Below are positions 28,570 through 37,670 of a stretch of 37,670 bases of DNA, piece by piece. The stretch covers positions 1 to 37,670 of the forward strand of contig QKCK01000243.1 in assembly GCA_003245695.1 (NCBI GenBank), in the 5' to 3' direction. This DNA is from Bacteroidota bacterium. GTDB lineage: Bacteria; Bacteroidota; Bacteroidia; Bacteroidales; VadinHA17. Numbering within the stretch: the first letter of the stretch is position 1; each line of letters opens with the position of its first letter. The position numbers and the translations under genes are program-made. Under the pieces are notes generated by a model. That model was not told where the DNA came from. It did not search any database and worked only from the letters and a program-made list of their open reading frames with translations.

Positions 28570-29795
28570 ACTATTGATGTTTGTTTTTTCAGGTATTTAT
28601 TGGAGAGGTATCTGACGGGGTACCAGGCTGCCCAATAACCTATAGCTAAAACGGTAGCAGCTACAATAAAAAAGTCAGACAGGCGCATTTCTACGGGGTA
28701 TGCTCTTAGCAGCAGTGAGTCGCCGGATAGTTTTATTATACTGAATTCCTGTTGTATCAGACAAAGGATAAACCCAATTATCAATCCGCCGGCAGTTCCA
28801 ATGGCTGAGATGAGCCATCCCTCAAAGATGAATATCTTCTTTATAAGTGTATCGTTGGCGCCGAGGCTTCTGAGTACGCCTATATCACGCTCTTTCTCGA
28901 TGATGAGCATGGTAAGTGACCCTATGATATTAAAAGAGGCAATGAGGAGTATAAAGGTAAGGATGACAAATATGGCAAGCCGCTCTCCTTTCATTACCTT
29001 ATAGAATATCTCCTGTTGTTCATATCTGTTCTGGACTATAAAATTCTTACCGAACAGTGCAGTGATGGTCTTCTGTGTCTTTTTGGTATCTGCTCCTGGT
29101 GCCAGTTTTATCTCAATGGAGCTTATCTCATTTGTATAGTTAAGCAGATCACGCAGGAAAGATATGGGTACGAAGATATATTTAGAATCGAACTCCTGTT
29201 CAACGGCGAATATACCTGAAAAGGTGATGTATTTACGGGCGAAAGCTTTTTCAGGGCTTATATTCAGTGAGGCAGTACGTTCGGGGATATAAACAGCAAG
29301 GGGTGCAACAAAGTTGAGCCTCATTCCCAGGTAGTTTGCCACACCGAGGCCGGCAACGGCATAGGATCTGATGCTGTCACGAAGAATAAATTCACCGTCC
29401 CACATTGCCGTATCCAGATCAGTGACATCTGTATAGTTATCACTAACTCCCTTTATTGTTGCAATGAACTGTTGATCTTCATATTTTAACAGGGCATTCT
29501 CCTCCAGCACCTCAGCCCAGACAGCTACACCCTTTATTGATGACAATTGCTTCATCACAGCCGTGTCAGGGAGAAAGAACTTTCCTTTTACCGGGGCAAT
29601 CTTTATCTCAGGGTCAGAGGTGTTGAAAATGCTCCTAACCATGGTTTCCAGGCCATTAAAAACCGACAGAACAGTAATAAGGGCCATAGTACCCACCATA
29701 ACACCTGCAACAGAGATAGTTGATATGATGTTTATTGCGTTTCTCGACTTCTTTGCAAAGAGATATCTTTTTGCTATGTAAAGCGATACTTTCAT
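28566..29795 (-). CDS. FtsX-like ABC transporter permease, LolC/LolE family
   Basis: 409 aa. The N-terminus YIAKRYLFAKKSRNAINIISTISVAGVMVGTMALITVLSVFNG is typical. A large periplasmic loop follows, and the C-terminal FtsX domain has ERDIGVLRSLGA. Confidence 0.85.
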   Translation of the reverse strand: MKVSLYIAKRYLFAKKSRNAINIISTISVAGVMVGTMALITVLSVFNGLETMVRSIFNTSDPEIKIAPVKGKFFLPDTAVMKQLSSIKGVAVWAEVLEENALLKYEDQQFIATIKGVSDNYTDVTDLDTAMWDGEFILRDSIRSYAVAGLGVANYLGMRLNFVAPLAVYIPERTASLNISPEKAFARKYITFSGIFAVEQEFDSKYIFVPISFLRDLLNYTNEISSIEIKLAPGADTKKTQKTITALFGKNFIVQNRYEQQEIFYKVMKGERLAIFVILTFILLIASFNIIGSLTMLIIEKERDIGVLRSLGANDTLIKKIFIFEGWLISAIGTAGGLIIGFILCLIQQEFSIIKLSGDSLLLRAYPVEMRLSDFFIVAATVLAIGYWAAWYPVRYLSNKYLKKQTSIV

Positions 29796-30598
29796 TATTT
29801 ACGGGCGATAACCAGAAGTCCTGTCCCTTTACTGTGACTGAATAGCAGGTCAAGATAATTCAATACCAGGGCAAAGGGTAAGACACAAATATAATAGAAT
29901 GGAAGAATAATAAACATCAGTTTGCTGAGAGAGAGCATCATAACAGGATACTTCATTGACAGACGCCATGCAATACTTCCGGGTATACCGTAAGTATATG
30001 AGGCTTTGACGGAGGAGAAGCCTGATGAGAGCAGTTTAGCAGTTATCTCCTCAATGGAATAACCATCACGCACATGTTCACCTATGAATGATTCCTGGCC
30101 TTCGTCGTGCACGTCTGACCCTCCTTTGTCTGAGGGTGTTGAAATGATGAGTTCAGAGCCTGTTTTAAGGGAGGCTGCAAAGTTTTCAAAGACAGCAGTA
30201 TCTTCTTCGATATGTTCCATAACATCAACACAGAGAATCAGATCATAGTTGTTGTTTTTGCGGTATGACACCAGGTCTGCCTCAATGGCCCTTATCCTGT
30301 CATCAATTTTACACTGTTTGAAAAACCTGTTACAATCTTCTACCTGTTCACTTTTAACATCTACGGCAGTCACATTGCTTTTTTTGAAATTTGTAGCCAT
30401 CCACCATGAGTATTGTCCAAACCCCATACCGGCGTCAAGAATCTCTGCCTGCTTATGGCTCATGGTTCGTTTAACAGCTCTGTGTATATGCCATGTCCTC
30501 AGGAGAAGTATATCAAGCATTTTATAGAAGCTTTTCCTGAGAAAAGGGCTTCTGTTGAAGATACGGCCTAGTAACTCCTTAATCGGGTCGTAATGCAT
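29795..30598 (-). CDS. Class I SAM-dependent methyltransferase with a hydrophobic C-terminal tail
   Basis: 267 aa. Motif I is ILDAGMGFGQY and the post-I acidic residue is in VTAVDV. DLILCVDVMEHI is present. The C-terminus MLSLSKLMFIILPFYYICVLPFALVLNYL looks membrane-associated. Confidence 0.7.
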   Translation of the reverse strand: MHYDPIKELLGRIFNRSPFLRKSFYKMLDILLLRTWHIHRAVKRTMSHKQAEILDAGMGFGQYSWWMATNFKKSNVTAVDVKSEQVEDCNRFFKQCKIDDRIRAIEADLVSYRKNNNYDLILCVDVMEHIEEDTAVFENFAASLKTGSELIISTPSDKGGSDVHDEGQESFIGEHVRDGYSIEEITAKLLSSGFSSVKASYTYGIPGSIAWRLSMKYPVMMLSLSKLMFIILPFYYICVLPFALVLNYLDLLFSHSKGTGLLVIARK

Positions 30599-30603
30599 AT
30601 CAG

Positions 30604-30942
30604 TTATTCCTTCAGAAGATTATTTATGTTTTCAATGTAATCATTACTATCGTCAATGAAAAAAGCCAGTTCAGGAACAATTCTGAGCTGATTTCTCACT
30701 TTGTGTCCCAACTCATATCGCAGGTGGGGTATGTGATTTTTTATATTTAGCAGGACACCTGCTGCTTCAGCAGAGGGGTAGATACTTACATATACTTTAG
30801 CCAGGGAGAGATCAGGGCTTACACGGACAGTAGTCACTGATATCATTTTCCCGTGAGCAAGCTCGCCTGTGCTGCGCAGCAGAATATCAGCCAGTTCTTT
30901 CTGGATTAGTCTTGCAACCTTTTTTTGTCTTGTTGATTCCAT
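30604..30942 (-). CDS. rbfA: Ribosome-binding factor A
   Basis: MESTRQKKVARLIQKELADIL...VTTVRVSPDLSLAKVYVS is a canonical RbfA. The track ORF extends to 31041, but a minus-strand TAnnTTTG motif at 30960-30967 lies inside that extension, so I prefer ATG 30942. Confidence 0.88.
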   Translation of the reverse strand: MESTRQKKVARLIQKELADILLRSTGELAHGKMISVTTVRVSPDLSLAKVYVSIYPSAEAAGVLLNIKNHIPHLRYELGHKVRNQLRIVPELAFFIDDSNDYIENINNLLKE

Positions 30943-30959
30943 ACTGATGAATTTCATTT

Positions 30960-30967
30960 CAAAAATA
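30960..30967 (-). promoter_or_regulatory. TAnnTTTG -7 promoter element for the rbfA operon (minus strand)
   Basis: The plus-strand sequence CAAAAATA is TATTTTTG on the minus strand, 18 nt upstream of ATG 30942. Confidence 0.45.
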
Positions 30968-31058
30968 CATAAAAATATGGCCTGCCTCAAAAGAAAGAGC
31001 AGCTTGTGATAATGTATTAAAAACTGATTAGCTATTCCCATTCTATTTAATTAATCCC

Positions 31059-31066
31059 TAATTTTG
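31059..31066 (+). promoter_or_regulatory. TAnnTTTG -7 promoter element for trpS
   Basis: TAATTTTG lies 24 nt upstream of ATG 31090. Confidence 0.45.
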
Positions 31067-31089
31067 CACAGTTTTAAATATGACAATAA

Positions 31090-32079
31090 ATGGATACAGT
31101 TGTAAGTGGAATCAGGTCAACAGGTAATCTACACCTGGGCAACTATTTCGGAGCGATAAGGAATTTCCTTAAGATGCAGGAGGAGAACAGATGCTTTTTC
31201 TTTGTTGCAGATTACCATTCACTGACAACGCATCCACATCCTGATGATCTGCATGGCAATATCAGGCAGATTCTTGCTGAATATCTGGCCTGTGGCATTG
31301 ACCCTGAAAAAGCCACCATATATGTACAGAGTGATGTACCTGAGGTGACTGAGTTATATCTGTTGATGAATATGAATGCATATGTTGGAGAGCTTGAGCG
31401 CACGGCTTCATTCAAGGAGAAGATAAGAAAACACCCGGATAATATTAATGCCGGGCTGTTAACATATCCGGTATTAATGGCTGCAGATATAATCATTCAT
31501 AGAGCACAGAAAGTGCCTGTTGGCAAGGATCAGGAGCAGCATCTGGAGATGACAAGACGTTTTGCACGGCGTTTCAACACAATGTATGGTGTTGAGTATT
31601 TCCCGGAGCCCGATGCCTATAACTTTGGCAAACAGCTTTTAAAGATACCCGGCCTTGATGGCTCCGGCAAGATGGGCAAGAGTGAGGGCAATGGCATTTT
31701 CCTAGCTGATGACCCGAAGGAAATACGCAAAAAAGTAATGCGGGCTGTTACCGATGCTGGTCCTGTGGCTCCTGATTCAGAGCCTTCTGAACCGGTAAAA
31801 AACCTCTTTACCATAATGGAGGTTGTATCAGAACCATCAACGCTGGCATATTTCAAGGAAAAGCATGCCACATGCGAGATTCGTTATGGCGACCTGAAAA
31901 AACAGCTTGCCGAAGATATTATAAAGGTGACTGAACCTATTCGCGAAAGGATAAATCAGATACTAAATGATCCGGTTTACCTTGGGCGTATTGTAAGGCA
32001 GGGTGGTGAAGCAGCCCGCGAGAGTGCATCAAAAACCGTCCGCGAGGTGCGTGAGATAATTGGGTACAAGCCTTTCTGA
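31090..32079 (+). CDS. trpS: Tryptophan--tRNA ligase
   Basis: 329 aa. HIGH-type motif GNLHLGNYFGA, KMSKS motif KMGKS, and VPVGKDQEQHLE. Confidence 0.95.
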   Translation: MDTVVSGIRSTGNLHLGNYFGAIRNFLKMQEENRCFFFVADYHSLTTHPHPDDLHGNIRQILAEYLACGIDPEKATIYVQSDVPEVTELYLLMNMNAYVGELERTASFKEKIRKHPDNINAGLLTYPVLMAADIIIHRAQKVPVGKDQEQHLEMTRRFARRFNTMYGVEYFPEPDAYNFGKQLLKIPGLDGSGKMGKSEGNGIFLADDPKEIRKKVMRAVTDAGPVAPDSEPSEPVKNLFTIMEVVSEPSTLAYFKEKHATCEIRYGDLKKQLAEDIIKVTEPIRERINQILNDPVYLGRIVRQGGEAARESASKTVREVREIIGYKPF

Positions 32080-32084
32080 AATAA

Positions 32085-33275
32085 TTATCCGGCATTGACC
32101 ACAGGTGCTCTTTCAAACAGAGCCTCCTTGTCTATCATGTAATGATATGTTATGTGTGTCTTGACTATAGTAGCTCCAAGCTGACTTAGGAGATGCATCA
32201 TAGATGGATTGAAGTCACCTATCCAGTTAAACTCCAGCTCCCTGTAAGGAAATGACTTTGACAGTGCAACATCAGCAAATGACATTACCATTGCTCCTTC
32301 AATACCTTTTCGCTGATGCTCCGGGACAATACCGAATATCAATCCAAAAGCCCTGGTCAGCTTTCTGCGGACTAAATGCCTGAAATAGAAAAATTTGATT
32401 CTCCCGATTTGGTTCTTTCTTCCGTTGAGATGCTTTACAATCTGATTTATTTCAGGGAGCATGATAAAGAAACAGATAGGTTCATCTTTATAAAATCCAA
32501 ACCACAGAAGCTTTTCATCAAGGACAGGACGGAGTGTTTTCAGCAACAGTCTGGCATGTGCTATACTGATGGTTTTTATCCCGGGAAATCGTGCCCATCC
32601 TTTATTGTAGACTATCATAAAGTTACGGGCTATTTGCTTCATCTCTTTATGTGTCATATACCTGAATGAGTAATCGGGATTAGAGAATATCCTTCTTGCC
32701 TTCTTCTTTATGACTTCAGGGAGATATTCACCGGTTACAGGCATATAATAGGTGTATTGTTCAAAATAGTTTTTGAACCCAAAATCTTCAAAGAGCTCTC
32801 TGTAATAGGGGAAGTTGTATGGCATACAGTAATTTGGGGGCAAAAACCCTTCAACAAGAAGGCCCCACCATCTGTCGCGTTCACCAAAATTGACAGGTCC
32901 TTCCATTATCTTCATACCCTTCTCTTCGAGCCATTCACGGCAAGCTTCAAAAAGTGTAAAAGCAGCATCACGATTGTTTATGCATTCAAAAAAGCCCATA
33001 CCTCCTGCCGGCAATTGGTTTGCCGATGATATCTTCCTGTTATAGAATGCTGCAACACGTCCCACACATTTGTTATCATCTGTTTTTAAAAGCCATCGTA
33101 TTGCTTCACCAGTCTTAAACAGTGGATTAATATTTGGATCAAAGACAGATTCAATGTCATTTTCAAGAGGTCTTATCCAGTTGTTTTCGTTTTTGTACAG
33201 AGTTACTGCCAGATGGTGAAACTCTCTGATATCTTTTCTGGATACGACCCTGTGAAGTGAAAAGGAGTTAGCCAT
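32085..33275 (-). CDS. GNAT-family N-acetyltransferase-like protein (long ~390-aa Bacteroidota family)
   Basis: 396 aa. The C-terminal half carries the acetyl-CoA motif A-like VPEHQRKGIEGAM. The N-terminal W-rich region (NWIRPL..., GPVNFGERDRWWGLLVEG) is typical of this conserved family. Confidence 0.55.
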   Translation of the reverse strand: MANSFSLHRVVSRKDIREFHHLAVTLYKNENNWIRPLENDIESVFDPNINPLFKTGEAIRWLLKTDDNKCVGRVAAFYNRKISSANQLPAGGMGFFECINNRDAAFTLFEACREWLEEKGMKIMEGPVNFGERDRWWGLLVEGFLPPNYCMPYNFPYYRELFEDFGFKNYFEQYTYYMPVTGEYLPEVIKKKARRIFSNPDYSFRYMTHKEMKQIARNFMIVYNKGWARFPGIKTISIAHARLLLKTLRPVLDEKLLWFGFYKDEPICFFIMLPEINQIVKHLNGRKNQIGRIKFFYFRHLVRRKLTRAFGLIFGIVPEHQRKGIEGAMVMSFADVALSKSFPYRELEFNWIGDFNPSMMHLLSQLGATIVKTHITYHYMIDKEALFERAPVVNAG

Positions 33276-33421
33276 AATAGGGAAATTAGATAATTCTAAT
33301 ATACTTAAAGGAATTAACTGTTCAAACCAAAGAAGAGCAATATTAGTGGACCTTTTCGATGAAGCACCGGAAAGTATTGCCAGATAAGGATAATAATGGA
33401 TGAAACCAAAGTATAATTTTA

Positions 33422-33429
33422 TAAATTTG
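33422..33429 (+). promoter_or_regulatory. TAnnTTTG -7 promoter element for the 914-aa gene
   Basis: TAAATTTG ends 14 nt upstream of ATG 33444. Confidence 0.45.
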
Positions 33430-33443
33430 ATAATTGAACTGAA

Positions 33444-36188
33444 ATGTTTCAGGGAGTGATCAGAAAGATAATAATAGCATCTATTGTAATATTTACCTTA
33501 GGCTTGATAGCTGCAGGGTATTATCTTCAGAAGGTAAGGAAGATAGAGGTCATAGATCCGTTTCTTACCGTACCGGCAGATGCCGTTGTTATTATAGAGA
33601 CGCCTGATTTTCCAGAGTTGTTGACCAAGGTCAACGAGAAGAATGGGATAGCGTGGAGGCTAAAAAATATGAAGTGGGCTTCAAGCTTAGTTGCTGATGC
33701 TTCATTGATTGACAGTCTCACAGGGAATCAGGAGGTGAGGGAGTATATGACAGGCCGGCGTACCATTATCTCATTTCATTCAGGACCGGGAGGTCGTCTG
33801 ACGCCCCTTGTAGCAATGAACATTGGTGCAATGGTGAGCAGGCGGCATATAGAGGGGATGATTGAATCAACAGGAGCAATTATCACTGAAAAGGGTGATG
33901 TTGATGGAGCAAAGTCAATAGTAGCCCGGTATGGCAAGGGCAACGATACCAGGGATATATATTTTGCTTTTACCGCAGGTGTGCTTATTGCCACGCCCTC
34001 AATGTCATTAATGGCCAATGCATTAAATAACAAGAATAGCGGATCTGACATAAGACTTCAACAGGGTTTTTCAAAAGTAGCAGGTGCCTTTGGTGAAGAA
34101 AGCGATAACATTTTTATACTGTTCCGAAACCTTCCGGGATTCTTTAAAGGCATTGTTGATCCGGCAGAGATAAATGAGATTGTTGGATTAGCTATTGCCG
34201 CCGGAGGGGAGATAGATGAGAAGGAGGATGGCCTTTATATCAATGGGTTTATAGCTACTTCAGGGTCAGGTACGGGAGCCGACAGGGTGATGAACATCAC
34301 ACCAGCTACGCCCGGTATACAGGAGATATTGCCTGCTACCGTCAGATCTTTCAGAACCATAATGCGGGAGGTAATGCTCTCAGGTGAACCTGCAACAGAT
34401 CCTGTTTCAATAAATGCAACAGATATAGCTCTTTCATTACGGCCATACACTGAGAATGAAATTACACTGGCTACATTAAGCACCACTGCAGGAAACAAGA
34501 ATGCAATACTCTTCAGGGTAAGTAACAAAACTGCTGCTGATTCAGTTCTGAAAGAAAGAATAGCAGCAAAATACAAATCGTTAGGCATTAAGAGTGATAG
34601 CTACATTATTAAAAACGGAGAGAGTGGCAGTGGCAATGATATGCCTGTTTATAAAATGCCATTCACCGGGATAGCCTCAATACTGTCACAGGGGCAGAAG
34701 CTGACGTTCAGTGACAGCTATGCTGTTTTCTGCAGGTCATATCTGATCTTTTCTGATGATCCTGCTGTGTTACGATCTGTGACTTACGCTTCGGAAAATG
34801 GATCAACACTTATAAACGATCCGTTATATAATGAGGTGGAGAAGTCATTACCCACAAAGAGCTCATATCTGTGCTACCTCTCATCAGATGCTCTCTGTTC
34901 GGAAATACAAAATGTACTGGTTCCGGAAAAAGCCAGCACCTTTGATATGAAATCGCTTTCCGGAATAGGGGCAATAGGTGTCAGTATGACCCCCAGTAAC
35001 AATATGGTATATATCAGTCTGTCAGTGGCATACAGTAATAGTGAGACCGAAAGGCTGAAAGAGCTTATCTCCTCGGCAGAACCAGGACGGGATAGCTCCT
35101 CAGCAGAGACTGATAACCGTCTTTTATGGAAAGCAATGCTGCAGGCTCCTCCGGTGATTAAGCCATTTGTTTTCATCAACCACACAAACAATGCCCGTGA
35201 GATATTTATTCAGGATGCATCAAACAATATATACCTTATAAGTGCAACAGGGAAAATACTCTGGTCAGCTCATATACGTGAGCGGATCAGAGGGGATGTC
35301 TTTATGATAGACTATTACCGGAACGGGAAGAACCAGATACTGTTTGCTGGCAAAGAATATCTTCACCTTATCGACCGGAATGGAAAATATGTGGATAAAT
35401 ATCCTGTCAGGCTAAAGTCTCCTGCTGCCAACACACTTGCAGTATTTGACTACGAGAGTAATAAAGATTACAGGCTCTTTATTTCAGGTGAAGATAAGAA
35501 GGTATACACATATGATAAATCGGGTTCCATTGTAAAGGGATGGACTCCTTTGGTGACAACACAAAAGGTAACATCTCCGGTAAAATATTTCAGAACAGGC
35601 GGGAAGGATTATATTGTTGTTCACAATACTTATGATATCAACATCCTGGATAGAAGGGGTAATAAGAGAGTAACAGTTAAGAAGTCTGCAGGAGTGGCAG
35701 AAAACTCTGCTGTGAGGTTAACCAAAGCCTCTGATATTGTCTTTTCTGACCCTGATGGTGGGGTTCATTTTCTGGACTTTACCGGTAATGAGGAGATGAA
35801 GAGTGCAGGTAAGATGTCACCGGGATTATTCTTTGATTATTATGACATTAACAGGGATGGTTTGGGTGAGATAATAGTTATTGATCAGGGGGTGTTGACT
35901 ATCTGTCGCGATGATATGAGTGTTTTGGCTACAGCGAGGCTGCCGGAGGGTAAGTTTCTGACTCCCGAAATAGTTAGCTTAACCACAGGCCTGGGAATGG
36001 TGGCTCTTACAGACGAAAATGCAGGTTCTTTGTGGCTCTTTGATGATGACGCCAGGATAAAAAGCGGATTCCCGCTGAAGGGCTCTGTTTTGCCGGTAAT
36101 AGTCAGACTCACCTCTTCAACCGGCAATACCGTTATTACCGGAGGGCCGGATAATTATGTTTATTGTTATAAACTTACAAACCAGTAA
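33444..36188 (+). CDS. Large N-terminally membrane-anchored protein with a C-terminal beta-propeller-like (FG-GAP/PQQ-like) repeat region; function unknown
   Basis: 914 aa. There is one N-terminal hydrophobic helix (IIIASIVIFTLGLIAAGYYL). The C-terminal ~330 aa contain repeated strand-turn units (NNIYLISATGKILW, LHLIDRNGKYV, VYTYDKSGSIVKGW, INILDRRGN, DINRDGLGEIIV). Confidence 0.5.
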   Translation: MFQGVIRKIIIASIVIFTLGLIAAGYYLQKVRKIEVIDPFLTVPADAVVIIETPDFPELLTKVNEKNGIAWRLKNMKWASSLVADASLIDSLTGNQEVREYMTGRRTIISFHSGPGGRLTPLVAMNIGAMVSRRHIEGMIESTGAIITEKGDVDGAKSIVARYGKGNDTRDIYFAFTAGVLIATPSMSLMANALNNKNSGSDIRLQQGFSKVAGAFGEESDNIFILFRNLPGFFKGIVDPAEINEIVGLAIAAGGEIDEKEDGLYINGFIATSGSGTGADRVMNITPATPGIQEILPATVRSFRTIMREVMLSGEPATDPVSINATDIALSLRPYTENEITLATLSTTAGNKNAILFRVSNKTAADSVLKERIAAKYKSLGIKSDSYIIKNGESGSGNDMPVYKMPFTGIASILSQGQKLTFSDSYAVFCRSYLIFSDDPAVLRSVTYASENGSTLINDPLYNEVEKSLPTKSSYLCYLSSDALCSEIQNVLVPEKASTFDMKSLSGIGAIGVSMTPSNNMVYISLSVAYSNSETERLKELISSAEPGRDSSSAETDNRLLWKAMLQAPPVIKPFVFINHTNNAREIFIQDASNNIYLISATGKILWSAHIRERIRGDVFMIDYYRNGKNQILFAGKEYLHLIDRNGKYVDKYPVRLKSPAANTLAVFDYESNKDYRLFISGEDKKVYTYDKSGSIVKGWTPLVTTQKVTSPVKYFRTGGKDYIVVHNTYDINILDRRGNKRVTVKKSAGVAENSAVRLTKASDIVFSDPDGGVHFLDFTGNEEMKSAGKMSPGLFFDYYDINRDGLGEIIVIDQGVLTICRDDMSVLATARLPEGKFLTPEIVSLTTGLGMVALTDENAGSLWLFDDDARIKSGFPLKGSVLPVIVRLTSSTGNTVITGGPDNYVYCYKLTNQ

Positions 36189-36193
36189 TAGTA

Positions 36194-36379
36194 ATGATAT
36201 ATTTATTAAGGATAGTCTTAATCATTACCCTTATCGTTCTGTTTGTCAGGACATTTGCAAGATCGCTTGACCATGAGCCTGAAGGGACAAAAAGACAGCG
36301 GAAAAATGACGCTGATGAGAGCGGGAGAAAGGTATCAGACCAGACAGGCGAATATGTTGACTATGAGGAGGTGGATTAA
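36194..36379 (+). CDS. Small single-pass membrane protein, DUF4834-like
   Basis: 61 aa. It has an N-terminal helix IYLLRIVLIITLIVLFVRTF, a charged linker, and a C-terminal GEYVDYEEVD, as I recall for DUF4834 proteins. It starts 5 nt after the 914-aa gene. Confidence 0.5.
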   Translation: MIYLLRIVLIITLIVLFVRTFARSLDHEPEGTKRQRKNDADESGRKVSDQTGEYVDYEEVD

Positions 36380-36387
36380 AAGGCCGC

Positions 36388-37140
36388 TTATTTAGAATCG
36401 CGCAGTTTTCGGGCCAGAGTGTTTGCAAAGATAAAGTCATTGAGTTTTTCACAGTCAGATTCGAGTACTTCATCCTTGGTTCCTTCCCAGCATTTCTCAC
36501 CCTCATCAATAAAGATTATTTTCTCACCTATCTCCATAACCGAGTTCATATCGTGAGTATTTACAATAGTGGTGATATTATATTCCTCTGTTATCTCCTT
36601 TATGAGAGCATCGATAACAATAGCTGTTTTCGGGTCGAGGCCTGAGTTTGGCTCATCACAGAACAGGTATCGTGGTTTGAGAGCAATAGCCCTGGCAATA
36701 GCCACCCTCTTTTTCATTCCACCCGATAGTTCAGATGGGTAGAGGTGATTTGAATTTAAGATATTAACTCTTTTGAGGCAGAAATTGACTCTTTCGAGCT
36801 TTTCTTCAGGTGATTGGGAAGTGAACATATCAAGTGGGAATCTGACATTCTCTTCAACAGACAGAGAGTCAAAGAGGGCAGAACCCTGAAATAGCATACC
36901 CAGCTCTTTTCTGATGGTTTTTTTACCTGCAAAATCGAGTTTGGTGAAAAGTATATCATCATACCATATCTCACCCTTGTCAATATCGTGAAGTCCTACA
37001 AGACTTTTTAAAAAGACGGTTTTACCTGATCCGCTTTTACCAATAATAAGATTTGTCTTCCCGGGTTCAAATCTGGTGGTGATATCTTTCAGAATAGTTC
37101 TTCCCCCAAATGATTTTTCTATGTTATTTACCTTTATCAT
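36388..37140 (-). CDS. ABC transporter ATP-binding protein, MlaF-like
   Basis: 250 aa. Walker A is GKSGSGKT, the signature is LSGGMKKRVAIARA, and Walker B is LFCDEPNSGLD. Its ATG overlaps the upstream permease stop codon (ATGA). Confidence 0.85.
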   Translation of the reverse strand: MIKVNNIEKSFGGRTILKDITTRFEPGKTNLIIGKSGSGKTVFLKSLVGLHDIDKGEIWYDDILFTKLDFAGKKTIRKELGMLFQGSALFDSLSVEENVRFPLDMFTSQSPEEKLERVNFCLKRVNILNSNHLYPSELSGGMKKRVAIARAIALKPRYLFCDEPNSGLDPKTAIVIDALIKEITEEYNITTIVNTHDMNSVMEIGEKIIFIDEGEKCWEGTKDEVLESDCEKLNDFIFANTLARKLRDSK

Positions 37141-37670
37141 GACAGAAGCAGCTGGGTTAGGATAACGTTCAAAGTAAGTATTACAACACTACTGTAAACA
37201 ACAGCCTTGGTGCTGGCCCGGCCAACTTCAAGAGATCCTCCCTGCACATAATAACCCTGGAAGGCAGAGACAGATGAAATAGTAAAGGCGAAAAAGAGAG
37301 TTTTAATTACTGAGTATGTAATATAATAAGGGATGAATGCATACTGTATGCCATAGATATAATCCTGTGATGTTATTACACCTGCACTTGTTCCTGCTAT
37401 CCAGCCACCAATAACGCCAATGGTAATACTTATAAGAGTAAGAAAAGGGTTGAAGATGAGAGTGGCGATTATTTTAGGGAGTATAAGATATGAAGCAGAG
37501 TTCACCCCCATAATCTCGAGTGCATCAATCTGTTCAGTTACTCTCATGGTTCCTATCTCTGATGCGATATTAGAACCCACTTTACCGGCAAGGATAAGGG
37601 CAATTATAGTTGATGAGAACTCAAGGATAACCGAATCGCGGCAGCCCAGCCCAATAAGGTAGGTAGGGTA
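37137..37670 (-). CDS. MlaE-like ABC transporter permease. Partial: the 5' end lies beyond the window.
   Basis: The track lists 37137..37580 from an internal GTG, but the frame stays open to 37670 (YPTYLIGLGCRDSVILEFSSTIIALILAGKVGSNIASEIGTMRVTEQIDALE). The GTM+VTEQIDAL motif is characteristic of MlaE. Confidence 0.85.
   Translation of the reverse strand, partial: YPTYLIGLGCRDSVILEFSSTIIALILAGKVGSNIASEIGTMRVTEQIDALEIMGVNSASYLILPKIIATLIFNPFLTLISITIGVIGGWIAGTSAGVITSQDYIYGIQYAFIPYYITYSVIKTLFFAFTISSVSAFQGYYVQGGSLEVGRASTKAVVYSSVVILTLNVILTQLLLS

Noticed and set aside
30943-31041. 33-codon N-terminal extension of rbfA
   Set aside because: RbfA proteins begin near MESTRQKKV. The extension is hydrophobic junk and contains the operon's own -7 promoter motif.
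1-37670. CRISPR arrays, transposases, integrases, prophage genes, toxin-antitoxin pairs or recognisable defence genes
   Set aside because: I saw no regularly spaced direct repeats, no terminal inverted repeats flanking ORFs, and no nuclease-, recombinase- or phage-like ORFs among the translated products.

Overview
The window reads as a Bacteroidota chromosome segment. Supporting signs are a T9SS-type C-terminal domain, a gldA-like ATPase, DUF4296- and DUF4834-like proteins, recurrent TAnnTTTG -7 promoter motifs, and no Shine-Dalgarno dependence. Most of it is housekeeping: cysS, ispG, rnr, a metH-metF/metK methyl-cycle cluster, asnS-rpoN, trpS, rbfA, and LolE-like and MlaEF-like transport genes. 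I saw no rRNA, tRNA, CRISPR array, transposase or integrase.

The accessory content sits at two loci.
- 11334-12919 holds a PqqD-type (RRE-like) protein. It is translationally coupled to a single 432-aa ORF that fuses an HPr-kinase-like P-loop domain to a SipW/Sec11-type (Ser/His) S26 peptidase domain.
- 2849-5823 holds a half-size ABC exporter. It is translationally coupled to a PF14907-like nucleotidyltransferase.

Together these four proteins resemble the accessory tailoring and export set of phosphorylated lasso-peptide clusters. No lasso cyclase, B2 protease or obvious precursor is in the window, and cysS-ispG-rnr separates the two halves. I flag this as the best candidate for an undescribed peptide-modification (RiPP-like) system.

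A large partial gene on the minus strand (1-2663) is missing from the supplied ORF track. It encodes a beta-helix protein with a T9SS domain.

All calls come from motif recognition by eye. No database search or HMM was run.
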